The translations under genes and the position numbers were made by a program. Shown here piece by piece: positions 19,650-28,232 of a DNA stretch of 64,000 bases. The notes beneath the pieces were generated by a model. The model did no database searches. It was not told the origin of the DNA and saw only the letters and a list, made by a program, of their open reading frames with translations. Where the stretch lies: positions 25,088 through 89,087 of the forward strand of contig JAZRIT010000062.1 of assembly GCA_045645385.1 (NCBI GenBank), given 5' to 3'. This DNA is from Faecousia sp. Its GTDB lineage: Bacteria > Bacillota > Clostridia > Oscillospirales > Oscillospiraceae. Within the stretch, counting starts at the first letter, position 1; each line of letters opens with the position of its first letter.

Positions 19650-20144
19650 ATGAAAAAAGCATTGGCTCTGCTGCTGGCCCTCATCATGGTGCTGACCCTG
19701 TGCGCCTGCGGTAAGAAAAAGGACGATCCCACCGGCACCACCGGGGCATCCCAGAGCACAGAAAATAAAAAGGATGATTCCACCAGCACCACCGGCGCAG
19801 GCGGCGAAAACGCTAACCAAAACGGTAGCGGCAGCACCAATCAAGGCGGCAACACCAATCAAGGTGGCAGCACCAACCAGGGCGGCAACACCAACCAGGG
19901 TGGCAGCACCAATCAAGGCGGAAACACCAACCAGGGCGGCAACACCAACCAGGGTGGCAGCACCAACCAGGGCGGTAGCACCAACCAAGGTGGCAACACC
20001 AACCAAGGTGGCAACACCAACCAGGGTGGCAACAATAACAACCAGGAGAACGAAGCTACTTCCTCCACCGAAGAGCCCGCCGGCACGACCGAAAGCACCA
20101 CCCCAAAACTTCCCAATAAGCCCAACCGCCTCCCCTGGGGCTAA
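19650..20144 (+). CDS. Low-complexity lipoprotein with (S/N)TNQGG repeats
   Basis: Signal peptide with lipobox LCAC, AGGAG RBS, 11 hexapeptide repeats, terminator downstream. Confidence 0.8.
   Translation: MKKALALLLALIMVLTLCACGKKKDDPTGTTGASQSTENKKDDSTSTTGAGGENANQNGSGSTNQGGNTNQGGSTNQGGNTNQGGSTNQGGNTNQGGNTNQGGSTNQGGSTNQGGNTNQGGNTNQGGNNNNQENEATSSTEEPAGTTESTTPKLPNKPNRLPWG
19833..20030 (+). repeat. 11 x 18-bp coding tandem repeat
   Basis: A(G/A)CACCAA(C/T)CA(A/G)GG(C/T)GGN units with synonymous third-position variation. Confidence 0.92.
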
Positions 20145-20157
20145 TAATCCAATACAT

Positions 20158-20195
20158 AACCCGCCTCCGCTTATCTGCGGAGGCGGGTTTTTTGT
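20158..20195 (+). terminator. Intrinsic terminator
   Basis: AACCCGCCTCCGC-TTATCT-GCGGAGGCGGGTT plus T-tract. Confidence 0.85.
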
Positions 20196-20408
20196 ACCGG
20201 GCGGCCCGTCCCTACGATGTCATTCCGAGCCTGCGATAGCAGGCGTGGGAATCTCCCGGTACAATCCTTATCGCTGCAGTGCATTCCCTACAAAAAAGGA
20301 ACGGCACTGATGGCCGTTCCCTGCAATACTCGCAACAACAGAAGAAAAACGGCGGGGAACAAGCCCCCACCCTACGTAAAAAACGGAAGCGGTTTGCACC
20401 GTTCCTTT

Positions 20409-20636
20409 TTATATTTCTTCCTGTTTAGGCGGGTAGGGCTTTCGCTCGTCAGTGAGGTCCATCAAAAAATCAAGACTGGTTTTATAATACTTGGCCAGAA
20501 TGATCAGGTTATCAGTGGTGGGGAGCATATCGCCGGACTCGTATTTGGACAGGGTGCTTTGGCTGATGCCGGTATCCATCTGCACCTTTAATTGGGTGTA
20601 GTCCTTTATCACCCGAATCAGTTTGATGTTTTTCAT
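20409..20636 (-). CDS. Small XRE-family HTH regulator
   Basis: TQLKVQMDTGISQSTLSKYESG..P...LAKYYKTSLDFL; GGAGG RBS. Confidence 0.88.
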   Translation of the reverse strand: MKNIKLIRVIKDYTQLKVQMDTGISQSTLSKYESGDMLPTTDNLIILAKYYKTSLDFLMDLTDERKPYPPKQEEI

Positions 20637-20684
20637 TCCGCACCTCCTGCATTGTTCCATATTCAATTATTGCATATTTTAGTC

Positions 20685-20739
20685 TTGACATTCATATTTT
20701 ATGTGAATATAATATTCTTTAAGTGAATATTATATTCAC
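20685..20739 (+). promoter_or_regulatory. Consensus sigma-A promoter with overlapping palindromic operators
   Basis: TTGACA(20685)-17 nt-TATAAT(20708); perfect palindrome GTGAATAT-T-ATATTCAC at 20723-20739 and a near copy at 20703-20717. Confidence 0.8.
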
Positions 20740-20764
20740 AGCACAAAGAAAGAGAGGCTGTTTT

Positions 20765-21766
20765 ATGAAGAAAGGACTTTTGCTGATCACCGCACTTTTG
20801 CTTTTGCTACCTTTATGTGCATGTGGCAACGACATCGATCCCAAGGATGATGCCACGTCTACAACCGTCTCTACAGAAGCAACGCCCTCTGCAACCACAC
20901 ATACACACAACTGGAAAAATGCTACTTGCACTACTCCTAAGACCTGTTCTGTTTGTGGCAAGACCGAGGGTTCTGCCAAGACACACGATTGGAGAGCCGC
21001 TACTTGCGTTGCGCCCAAAACCTGTTTTATCTGCGGCAAGACCGAAGGTTCTGCCAAGCCAACGCATACTTGGAAGGCAGCCACTTGCGCCGCTCCCAAG
21101 ACCTGTTCTGTTTGCGGCGAAACCGAGGGCTTAACTGCAAACCACAGCTGGAAAGCTGCTACCTGTACCACGCCTAAGACATGTTCTGTTTGCGGTACAA
21201 CCGAGGGCTTAACTGCAAACCACAGCTGGAAAGCTGCTACCTGCCTTACTCCCAAGATCTGTTCTGTTTGCGGTACAACCGAGGGCTTAACTGCAAACCA
21301 CAGCTGGGAAATTGCTACCTGTACCACGCCTAAGACATGTTCCCTCTGTAAAAAAACTGAGGGCGAGGCGCTCGGCCATAAACCGGAAGAATTATCGGCC
21401 ACAAACGGTCACAACATTGACTCTACCATAACATATCAATGTTCCCGGTGTCCGCATAAATATCAGGAAACCATCAAAAAACTGGATATGCATGCTGAAA
21501 CCGACTTTGGCATAAGATATACTGTCTACGGGATGTCTCATATTGCAGAATGTACCGTTACCGCAACAGGCGGTTATGGCACTTATCAATATAAATACGA
21601 AGTCTTTACCAGCGGATCTTCAACGACACCCAGTCTTACAAAGAATTTCTCCAATAACGCAAGTTATGAGTGGCAAAGCTACACTTCCTGCGTTGGGGAT
21701 ATCGTTCAAGTCACAGTTAAAGATGAGGCCGGCAACGAAGTCGTGAAGAGATTTACTGTTCAATAA
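20765..21766 (+). CDS. Lipoprotein with six His/Cys3 repeats (HxWxxATCxxPKTCxxC)
   Basis: Lipobox LCAC, Thr-rich linker, tandem 26-27 aa repeats, beta-rich C-terminal domain. Confidence 0.85.
   Translation: MKKGLLLITALLLLLPLCACGNDIDPKDDATSTTVSTEATPSATTHTHNWKNATCTTPKTCSVCGKTEGSAKTHDWRAATCVAPKTCFICGKTEGSAKPTHTWKAATCAAPKTCSVCGETEGLTANHSWKAATCTTPKTCSVCGTTEGLTANHSWKAATCLTPKICSVCGTTEGLTANHSWEIATCTTPKTCSLCKKTEGEALGHKPEELSATNGHNIDSTITYQCSRCPHKYQETIKKLDMHAETDFGIRYTVYGMSHIAECTVTATGGYGTYQYKYEVFTSGSSTTPSLTKNFSNNASYEWQSYTSCVGDIVQVTVKDEAGNEVVKRFTVQ
20906..21376 (+). repeat. 6 x ~78-bp coding tandem repeat
   Basis: Units encode HxWxxATCxxPKTCxxCGxTEG; units 3-5 are near-identical in DNA. Confidence 0.9.
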
Positions 21767-21853
21767 AGCTACACTGATCACCGGGAGGTTTTACCGCCCG
21801 GGGATCAGTATAAAACAGCGACAGGGAACGGTACATAGCCGTCCCCTGTCGAT

Positions 21854-23134
21854 TTAGCGCTGATATTCAAATTGGAAATCGTAGATGTCCACAGTGTCGC
21901 CGTCTTCGATGCCCATCTCCTCCAACCGCTTGAACAGGCCGCACTTATGCAGCTGCATATCGAAGTAGTTCCGGGATTCGTAATCGTCGAAATTGATGTT
22001 CATCACCAGCCGCTCCAGCCAAGTGCCGGTGATGACCCAGGTGCTGCCCAGATGCTCGATCTCCAGATTGTTGGGGTCGCCGGCCTCAGGAGCGGCCTCC
22101 ACATACTCCGGCTCATAGATGGTCACCGGGGGCAGGGTGCGCAGCTTCTCTGCCACCACGCGCATCAGATTCTTGGTGCCCTGGGTAGTACCGGCGGAGA
22201 TCTCATAAAACTCGCATCCAGCTTCTTCCACGTGCTTCCGCAGCCGCTCCAGATTGTCCGATTCCGGCATCAAAAGGTCGCACTTATTGGCCGCTACGAT
22301 CATAGGCCGGTTACTAAGGTCCACAGAGTAATTCTTCAGTTCCTCGCAGATGGCATCAAAATCCTCCACCGGGTCTCTCGCCTCGCTGCCGGACACATCC
22401 ACGATATGCACAAGCAGGCGGCAGCGATCGATATGCCGCAAAAAATCGTGGCCTAAGCCTGCGCCGTCCGCCGCACCCTCGATAATGCCGGGGATGTCCG
22501 CCATCACGAAGGACACGCCCTCGTCCACATAGATCACGCCCAAATTGGGGTACAGGGTAGTAAAATGATAGTTGGCGATCTTGGGCCGGGCGTTGGAGGT
22601 GACGGAAAGCAGGGTGGATTTGCCCACATTGGGGAAGCCCACCAGCCCCACATCTGCCAAAAGCTTCAGCTCCAAAATCACATCCCGCTCCTGACCGGGC
22701 AGGCCCGCCTTGGCAAACCGGGGCACCTGCCGGGTGGGGGTGGCATAATGGGCATTACCCCAGCCGCCGCGGCCACCCTTGGCGATGACAAAATCCTCGC
22801 CGGTGGACATATCCACAATGATCTGATTGGTTTCCGCGTCACGGACCACAGTGCCTCTGGGCACTTGAATGACCAGCGGCTCGCCCCGCTTACCGCTCAT
22901 ACTGCGGCCCTGTCCATTTGCGCCGGACTGGGCAGCATACTTGCGCTTATAACGGAAGTCCAGCAATGTGGACAAATTGTCGTTGACCCGCAGGATCACG
23001 CTGCCGCCGTGACCGCCGTCGCCGCCGTCCGGGCCGCCGGCTGCCACATATTTCTCCCGATGGAAGGCCACCGCGCCGTCGCCGCCGCGACCGCCTACCA
23101 CAGTAATTCGCACTTTATCTACAAACATTTCCAT
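21854..23134 (-). CDS. obgE: GTPase ObgE
   Basis: GGPDGGDGG, ADVGLVGFPNVGKSTL, DIPGIIEGA, NKCD. Confidence 0.97.
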   Translation of the reverse strand: MEMFVDKVRITVVGGRGGDGAVAFHREKYVAAGGPDGGDGGHGGSVILRVNDNLSTLLDFRYKRKYAAQSGANGQGRSMSGKRGEPLVIQVPRGTVVRDAETNQIIVDMSTGEDFVIAKGGRGGWGNAHYATPTRQVPRFAKAGLPGQERDVILELKLLADVGLVGFPNVGKSTLLSVTSNARPKIANYHFTTLYPNLGVIYVDEGVSFVMADIPGIIEGAADGAGLGHDFLRHIDRCRLLVHIVDVSGSEARDPVEDFDAICEELKNYSVDLSNRPMIVAANKCDLLMPESDNLERLRKHVEEAGCEFYEISAGTTQGTKNLMRVVAEKLRTLPPVTIYEPEYVEAAPEAGDPNNLEIEHLGSTWVITGTWLERLVMNINFDDYESRNYFDMQLHKCGLFKRLEEMGIEDGDTVDIYDFQFEYQR

Positions 23135-23166
23135 AAGAAAACCTCCCTTACAGAGTTATTCCCGTA

Positions 23167-23250
23167 AATTAAAAAATAAAAATTAAGAATTAAAAATTTA
23201 ACTTACCAAAACTGCGTAACTTTTAACTTTTAATTTTTAACTTTTAATTA
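23167..23250. repeat. AT-rich heptamer-like tandem tracts in inverted arrangement
   Basis: AATTAAA/AATTAAG-like units followed by TTTTAAC/TTTTAAT units. Confidence 0.6.
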
Positions 23251-23285
23251 AAAAAGCTGCCGCAAGATTTTGCGGCAGCTTTTTA
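23250..23285 (-). terminator. Terminator after rpmA
   Basis: AAAAAGCTGCCGCAA-GATT-TTGCGGCAGCTTTTT. Confidence 0.8.
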
Positions 23286-23291
23286 ATCGGA

Positions 23292-23576
23292 TTACTGCTC
23301 GGCAGCATACACGGAGCACTGACGGCGATCCTTACCCTTGCGCTCGAAACGGACAGTGCCGTCTACCAGAGCGAACAGAGTGTCATCGCTGCCGATACCC
23401 ACGTTCACACCGGGGTGAATGTGAGTGCCTCTCTGGCGAACCAGAATGTTGCCGGCCAGAACAAACTGACCGTCGGCACGCTTCACGCCCAGACGCTTAG
23501 CCTCGGAATCACGACCGTTCTTGGTAGAACCGCCGCCCTTGTGGTGAGCGAAGAACTGAATACCAATTTTCATCAT
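23292..23576 (-). CDS. rpmA: 50S ribosomal protein L27 with a Prp-cleaved N-terminal extension
   Basis: MMKIGIQFF|[15 protein letters not shown]. Confidence 0.97.
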   Translation of the reverse strand: MMKIGIQFFAHHKGGGSTKNGRDSEAKRLGVKRADGQFVLAGNILVRQRGTHIHPGVNVGIGSDDTLFALVDGTVRFERKGKDRRQCSVYAAEQ

Positions 23577-23580
23577 GGCA

Positions 23581-23904
23581 TTATACCTCCAAAACTTCGA
23601 TATAGTCGGGATAATCGTCCCGCAGATTGCACAGGTACAAAAGCATACCGGCCAAAACCGCTTGTACACTTTCTTCCTCATCGCAAGCTGCAGGCAGGGT
23701 CAGGGTGATTCTTGCATCTTCTTCCTTGACCCGGACCTTGGCCTTTGCGCCGCACACATCGTTGATGGTGGCCTCGGCCATGGTCACTACAGCGGAGATG
23801 GCGGCGCAGACAATATCCTGCCCGCTTTCAGCATAACCGCTGTGACCGGAGACGGAGAATCCTGTGATTCTGCCAGAATCCATTTTAAACTCGCATCTTG
23901 TCAT
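23581..23904 (-). CDS. prp: Ribosomal-processing cysteine protease Prp
   Basis: [19 protein letters not shown]; lies between rplU and rpmA. Confidence 0.93.
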   Translation of the reverse strand: MTRCEFKMDSGRITGFSVSGHSGYAESGQDIVCAAISAVVTMAEATINDVCGAKAKVRVKEEDARITLTLPAACDEEESVQAVLAGMLLYLCNLRDDYPDYIEVLEV

Positions 23905-23906
23905 AA

Positions 23907-24215
23907 TTACAGTGCGATCTTGGTGATTTCCACCTTGGTGTAGGGCTGACGGTGGCCCTGCTTCTTCTTCTCGTTCTTCTTGGCCTTGTACTTGAAGACA
24001 GTGATCTTCTTGCCCTTGCCGTTCTTGATGGCCTTAGCCTCTACGGCAGCGCCTTCCACGACGGGAGTGCCGATCTTGGAGTTCTCGCCGTCCAGAATAG
24101 CCAGAACGTCGAACTTGACGGTAGCCTCAGCCTCTACCTCCAGCTTCTCGATGTACAGAACATCGCCCTCAGCCACGGTATACTGCTTGCCACCAGTCAC
24201 GATAACAGCTTTCAT
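23907..24215 (-). CDS. rplU: 50S ribosomal protein L21
   Basis: TGGKQY, GHRQPYT. Confidence 0.97.
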   Translation of the reverse strand: MKAVIVTGGKQYTVAEGDVLYIEKLEVEAEATVKFDVLAILDGENSKIGTPVVEGAAVEAKAIKNGKGKKITVFKYKAKKNEKKKQGHRQPYTKVEITKIAL

Positions 24216-24242
24216 TTCTTTTTCACCTACTTTTTATTTTGT

Positions 24243-24305
24243 GTAGACTCGCTTTTAAGGCGGGTGCATCTGGGCGCACCAACTTTGACCTTTTCAATGC
24301 GGCTT
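24243..24305 (-). promoter_or_regulatory. Probable L21 leader RNA
   Basis: 5' UTR of rplU, GCCGCA...AGGT...GCACCCGCC...GCGAGTC, resembling Firmicutes L21 leaders (from memory; no covariance model run). Confidence 0.55.
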
Positions 24306-24463
24306 GTCTATTTTAGCAGAGGTGTTTCCCAAAGTCAAGGGGAATTTCCAACTTTTTTATGATTTTTGACCTGCAATATTCTCTTTCTTTCGTAAAAGGC
24401 GGATGCTATACTTGACTGACACCGCCCGATTTAGTATGATTACAAAAAAATGGGAGGTGCGCT

Positions 24464-24946
24464 ATGGACGATATCTATTATATGCAGCAGGCTCTTGCGT
24501 TGGCAGCGGAAGCCACGGGTGACGGCGAAGTGCCGGTGGGCTGCGTCATCGTCTGCAAGGATAAGATAGTAGGCCGCGGCCGCAACCGCCGGGAGACGGA
24601 CAAGACCGCTCTTGGCCACGCGGAGATCGAGGCCATCGACGACGCCTGCAGAAATTTAGGCGGCTGGCGGCTTTGGGAATGTACCATGTATGTGACCTTG
24701 GAGCCCTGTCCCATGTGCGCCGGCGCGATCATCAACGCCCGGATCCCCCGGGTGGTGGTGGGCGCAAAGGACGAGAAAAGCGGTGCCTGCGGGTCGGTTT
24801 GCGACCTGTTTTCTATGGATTTTAATCACAAACCCCAGGTGGAATTCGGTCTGATGGAGGCAGAAGCCCAGCAGCTTCTGACAGATTTCTTCCGGGATTT
24901 GCGGGAGAAGCTGAAGGACAGGCCCAAATGGAAGAAACCGGAATAA
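24464..24946 (+). CDS. tadA: tRNA adenosine(34) deaminase
   Basis: EVPVG, HAE, GWRL, TLEPCPMCAGA. Confidence 0.93.
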   Translation: MDDIYYMQQALALAAEATGDGEVPVGCVIVCKDKIVGRGRNRRETDKTALGHAEIEAIDDACRNLGGWRLWECTMYVTLEPCPMCAGAIINARIPRVVVGAKDEKSGACGSVCDLFSMDFNHKPQVEFGLMEAEAQQLLTDFFRDLREKLKDRPKWKKPE

Positions 24947-25002
24947 CGAGAAAGAGAGCGTTGCAAAACGCTCTCTTTTCTTTTCTTGCAAAGGAGGACG
25001 CT

Positions 25003-25989
25003 ATGGAACAAAAGGTATTGCGGGTGAGCACATGGGTGTTGGTCAGCGCGCTGCTGCTGCGGCTGCTGAGTATTTTTTTGCCGAGCCTGTCCTCCGAGGC
25101 CGTCAGCGTGATGCTCTTTTTGCAGACCGGGCGGCTGGTGCGGCCGGGAAATATCATTTTCACCCCCGACCCTACAGCGCAAACCGAACCTCTATCCCCC
25201 GACCCCACCCAACCGGAGCAGCAGAAGCCGGAAAATGAGCTGCCGGTCTTCTCCGCCGGGGACGCGGCGCTGCTGGCCATCAACAGCGGTTTCCGATACG
25301 AAGCAGACCTCCCTGCCCTACTGACCCAGCCCCTGCATTGGGAGCTTACCGCGGATGCCCCAACGGTGCTGATTCTCCACTCCCACGGCTCGGAAAGCTA
25401 TGCCCCCACAGGGGAATATGCAGAGATCTCCCCCTATCATACATTAGAAAATGACCACAATATGGTTTCCGTCGGCGCATATATCGCCCGGCTGCTGGAA
25501 GCGGAGGGGATCTCCGTCCTCCATGACACCGCCCTCCACGATCAGCCCTCCTACAATGCCGCCTACAACAACAGTCGGGAAAGTGCCAAAAAATATCTGG
25601 CAGAATACCCCTCTGTTCAGCTGGTGCTGGATCTGCACCGGGATTCCATTGAGGATGCAGCGGGCAACCAGGTGGTCCAGACCGTTTTTGCCGGGGATCA
25701 GACCCTTGCGCCGCTGATGCTGGTGGTCGGTACTGACCACAGCGGGCTGGAGCACCCACAGTGGCGGGAAAATCTGGCATTGGCGCTGAAATTACAGACC
25801 CAGCTGGAGGGTCTGTGTCCCGGTATCTGCCGGAATATCAATCTGCGTACCCAGCGGTTTAACCAGGATCTGTCCGCTGGCGCGCTGCTGATCGAGGTCG
25901 GCTCCTCCGGCAACAGCCGGCAGGAGGCACTGCGCTCTGCCCAGGTGCTGGCAGAGGCGATCATATCCCTGGCCCACGGTAGCAGGTGA
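25003..25989 (+). CDS. spoIIP: Stage II sporulation protein P-like amidase
   Basis: N-terminal TM, ILHSHGSESY, AYNNSR, LDLHRDS, RFNQDLS, LIEVG. Confidence 0.85.
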   Translation: MEQKVLRVSTWVLVSALLLRLLSIFLPSLSSEAVSVMLFLQTGRLVRPGNIIFTPDPTAQTEPLSPDPTQPEQQKPENELPVFSAGDAALLAINSGFRYEADLPALLTQPLHWELTADAPTVLILHSHGSESYAPTGEYAEISPYHTLENDHNMVSVGAYIARLLEAEGISVLHDTALHDQPSYNAAYNNSRESAKKYLAEYPSVQLVLDLHRDSIEDAAGNQVVQTVFAGDQTLAPLMLVVGTDHSGLEHPQWRENLALALKLQTQLEGLCPGICRNINLRTQRFNQDLSAGALLIEVGSSGNSRQEALRSAQVLAEAIISLAHGSR

Positions 25990-26013
25990 ATTGAGAATTG
26001 AGAGTTGAGAATT

Positions 26014-26089
26014 TGTAGGGGCGAGCACTGCTCGTCCGTTACCGAGGCAAGAAGATTATACACACGGACGACCAATGGTCGCCCCTACA
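26014..26089. repeat. REPIN: two inverted 24-nt GTAG REPs with a 26-nt spacer
   Basis: GTAGGGGCGAGCACTGCTCGTCCG ... CGGACGACCAATGGTCGCCCCTAC. Confidence 0.85.
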
Positions 26090-26111
26090 TTCTCTAAAGA
26101 ATATTCTTTAT

Positions 26112-26549
26112 TTATGTTTCCGCGAAGCCGTACATAGCGATAGTAAAGTGTTCCAGCGCCTGATCCCGTTTGCGGTAGACCGTGGACTGTTCCATTCCCA
26201 GCTCCTCGCAAAGACGGCTGATTGCACCCTTCTCCGGGTACAGATACAGCCGCTGCAGCACCTGCCGCTCCTCATCATCGAGTGCCGTTAATCCCCGGTC
26301 GGTATTGGCGATCCACAGCTTTACCTGCTTCAATGTCCAGGCCAGCTCCTGCCGCTTGACGATGTTGTTCATCAGCGTCTCATCGTACCGGCCGCCGCTG
26401 CCCCGGACCGGGGTGGCCTCCGGGTCTGCCCGACGAATGGCAAAGGCCTCCTCCTTCAGCCGGGCGATCTCCCGGGCGATATTTTGCTGGGCGGTATGCA
26501 TTGCGTCATACCGCCGCAGCTTTTCCATAGCTTCATTTTTCCATTTCAT
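26112..26549 (-). CDS. DUF1492/ArpU/RinA-like phage-type transcriptional activator
   Basis: N-terminal coiled coil, LDDEERQVLQRLY, C-terminal sigma-region-4-like HTH LCEELGMEQSTVYRKRDQAL. Confidence 0.7.
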   Translation of the reverse strand: MKWKNEAMEKLRRYDAMHTAQQNIAREIARLKEEAFAIRRADPEATPVRGSGGRYDETLMNNIVKRQELAWTLKQVKLWIANTDRGLTALDDEERQVLQRLYLYPEKGAISRLCEELGMEQSTVYRKRDQALEHFTIAMYGFAET

Positions 26550-26704
26550 TTTATTTCCCCCTTCCCATACCGGCGGCCGTAGCCGTGAATGGCGGCCCAC
26601 CGGCGCAAAAACCAGCTTTTCCATTCCTTACAGTTCTTATTTTCGCACCCGCTGGGGTTTGCCACCCGGGTACAACCCTCGCAGGGGTATTTGCATTTAT
26701 CCAT
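26546..26704 (-). CDS. Small Cys-rich hypothetical protein (52 aa)
   Basis: AAGGAGG RBS; MDKCKYPCEGCTRVANPSGCENKNCKEWKSWF...; ATGA overlap with the downstream gene. Confidence 0.7.
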   Translation of the reverse strand: MDKCKYPCEGCTRVANPSGCENKNCKEWKSWFLRRWAAIHGYGRRYGKGEIK

Positions 26705-26870
26705 TATGTACCTCCTTTTCGCACCGGGGGCAACGGTCCTTGCCCCGCAAAAACACCTCACTGCCGCACATCCGGCACCAGAACCGGGGAATGGCGCCCT
26801 GCCAATCCGTAAGTCCCAGCCGCGGCCCTTTCCATACCGGTCGCCTTTTGGGCGACCTTATCAATGTCAC
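26697..26870 (-). CDS. Small zinc-ribbon-like protein (57 aa, not in ORF track)
   Basis: GGAGGTGG RBS then GTG; ...RFWCRMCGSEVFLRGKDRCPRCEKEVHNG*; two CxxC pairs; stop overlaps the next start. Confidence 0.6.
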   Translation of the reverse strand: MTLIRSPKRRPVWKGPRLGLTDWQGAIPRFWCRMCGSEVFLRGKDRCPRCEKEVHNG

Positions 26871-26890
26871 CAGTTAGCCACCTCCGTCTT

Positions 26891-26946
26891 GTACTTGTTC
26901 AAGTACTTTATGCCCCAATATTAGTACACGAACAAGCACTTGTCAA
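26891..26946 (-). promoter_or_regulatory. Sigma-A promoter with two operator-like palindromes
   Basis: Minus strand TTGACA-17 nt-TAATAT; GTACTTG-TT-CAAGTAC at 26891-26906 and a 13/16 copy at 26924-26939 in the spacer. Confidence 0.7.
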
Positions 26947-27061
26947 CGGTTTTATAAAACATTTGTTTGTATTTGTAGGATTGCACAAACCTGCAATTTT
27001 CTTTTTGGCAGGATTTTACATATTGTCAAGTCCTGCTTGACCCCCTCTTTGAGGGAGGCAA

Positions 27062-27164
27062 GGCGAGCGATTCGTGAATCGCCCCTACAAAAGGATATGT
27101 AGGGACACCGCTCCTGCGGTGTCCGATATTTTTAAGCGGACACCCGGGGACGGGTGTCCCTACA
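27062..27164. repeat. Cluster of GTAG-type REP elements
   Basis: ...GCGATTCGTGAATCGCCCCTACA, and the pair GTAGGGACACCG...GGTGTCCG / CGGACACC...GGTGTCCCTACA. Confidence 0.7.
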
Positions 27165-27217
27165 ACGAAAAGACGGCACTTCCGAAACGGAAGTGCCGTC
27201 CATTATTTAATTATGTA

Positions 27218-28072
27218 TTACTTCTTATAAGATTCCACCAGATCGTTCAGCTGTCTGGCCGAGGCTACCGCCGTCTGCGCAAGCGCCTCTCTTAATGCAG
27301 GGGACTGTTTATCGGTAATTCTGCGTAACTCAAAATTCAGCACGCCCGCATAGCCGCTTTCTGCCAGGGCCTCCGCAAAGGCAGTCCAGTCTATGGCGCA
27401 AGTAAAAGGGAAATCATGCTCATCGTCACACAAGTTATCGTGAATGTGGAGGGTTTTGAGATAGTGTTCGCAAAGGCGGACGCTTTCGCCGATATTTTCA
27501 TACATCACATGGCTGTGACCGGTGTCAAAGCAGATCTGCAGCCAGGGAGAATTGATTTGCCTGACCACCTCCACGATGCGGTCGGTGGTGGAGATCCGCT
27601 GACGGCGGAAGGGCATATTCTCCAGGCACAGGATCACGCCGTACTTTTCGCAATCCGGCAGCAGGAATTTCAACATATCGATGGTGATCTTCTTGGCAAC
27701 CTCCGGATCCTCCACGGTCTTGACTCTGCCGAAGGGCATTTGGGGATGGACAATCATATATTTACTGCCCAGCAGGTGGCAGGCGTAAATACTGCGGCGC
27801 ATATAGTCCCAAACCACTTCCCGGCTTTCCGGGGTGGTATCGTCGGTGGGCCAGGGGCCGTGCATCTGGAAGATGTCCAGGCCGTGCTTCTCGGCAGCAG
27901 CCCGGGCATCGGCGCAGTAGCGCTCCATTTCCTTTTCGTCCTGATACCAGGGCTGATTTGTGTTGCACAGGTTAAAATCAATGGCGTCAAAGCCCAGTTC
28001 CTTTAACCGGGCAAACCGGGTATCATAATCCGGGATATACTCCAAAAAATCGCTGCCGATACCAATGCGCAT
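27218..28072 (-). CDS. Sugar phosphate isomerase/epimerase (xylose-isomerase-like TIM barrel)
   Basis: LENMP, CFDTGH, LHIHDN, GYAGVLNFE metal-binding pattern. Confidence 0.85.
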   Translation of the reverse strand: MRIGIGSDFLEYIPDYDTRFARLKELGFDAIDFNLCNTNQPWYQDEKEMERYCADARAAAEKHGLDIFQMHGPWPTDDTTPESREVVWDYMRRSIYACHLLGSKYMIVHPQMPFGRVKTVEDPEVAKKITIDMLKFLLPDCEKYGVILCLENMPFRRQRISTTDRIVEVVRQINSPWLQICFDTGHSHVMYENIGESVRLCEHYLKTLHIHDNLCDDEHDFPFTCAIDWTAFAEALAESGYAGVLNFELRRITDKQSPALREALAQTAVASARQLNDLVESYKK

Positions 28073-28232
28073 AGCCGTTCCCTCCATTAAAACAGTTATG
28101 CCCACATTATAGGAAGTTTTTGATGATATGTCAACCGTTTATAGTCAAAAGCTTGTCATTATGAGGGCAGCGACTCCGCTCAGCGGTGGGAGCAAGCCCC
28201 CGCCCTACGGAATCATTGTCCATTGTCAATTC

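Noticed and set aside
19833-21376. Tandem repeats as a possible CRISPR array
   Set aside because: The units are in-frame coding repeats (18 bp and about 78 bp) without unique spacers, and there are no cas genes.
26957-26968. AAACATTTGTTT as a LexA (SOS) box
   Set aside because: Two mismatches to GAAC-N4-GTTC in AT-rich DNA, and upstream of the -35; too weak to call.
26112-27000. Prophage
   Set aside because: Only a small regulatory module is present; no integrase, terminase, capsid or tail genes.
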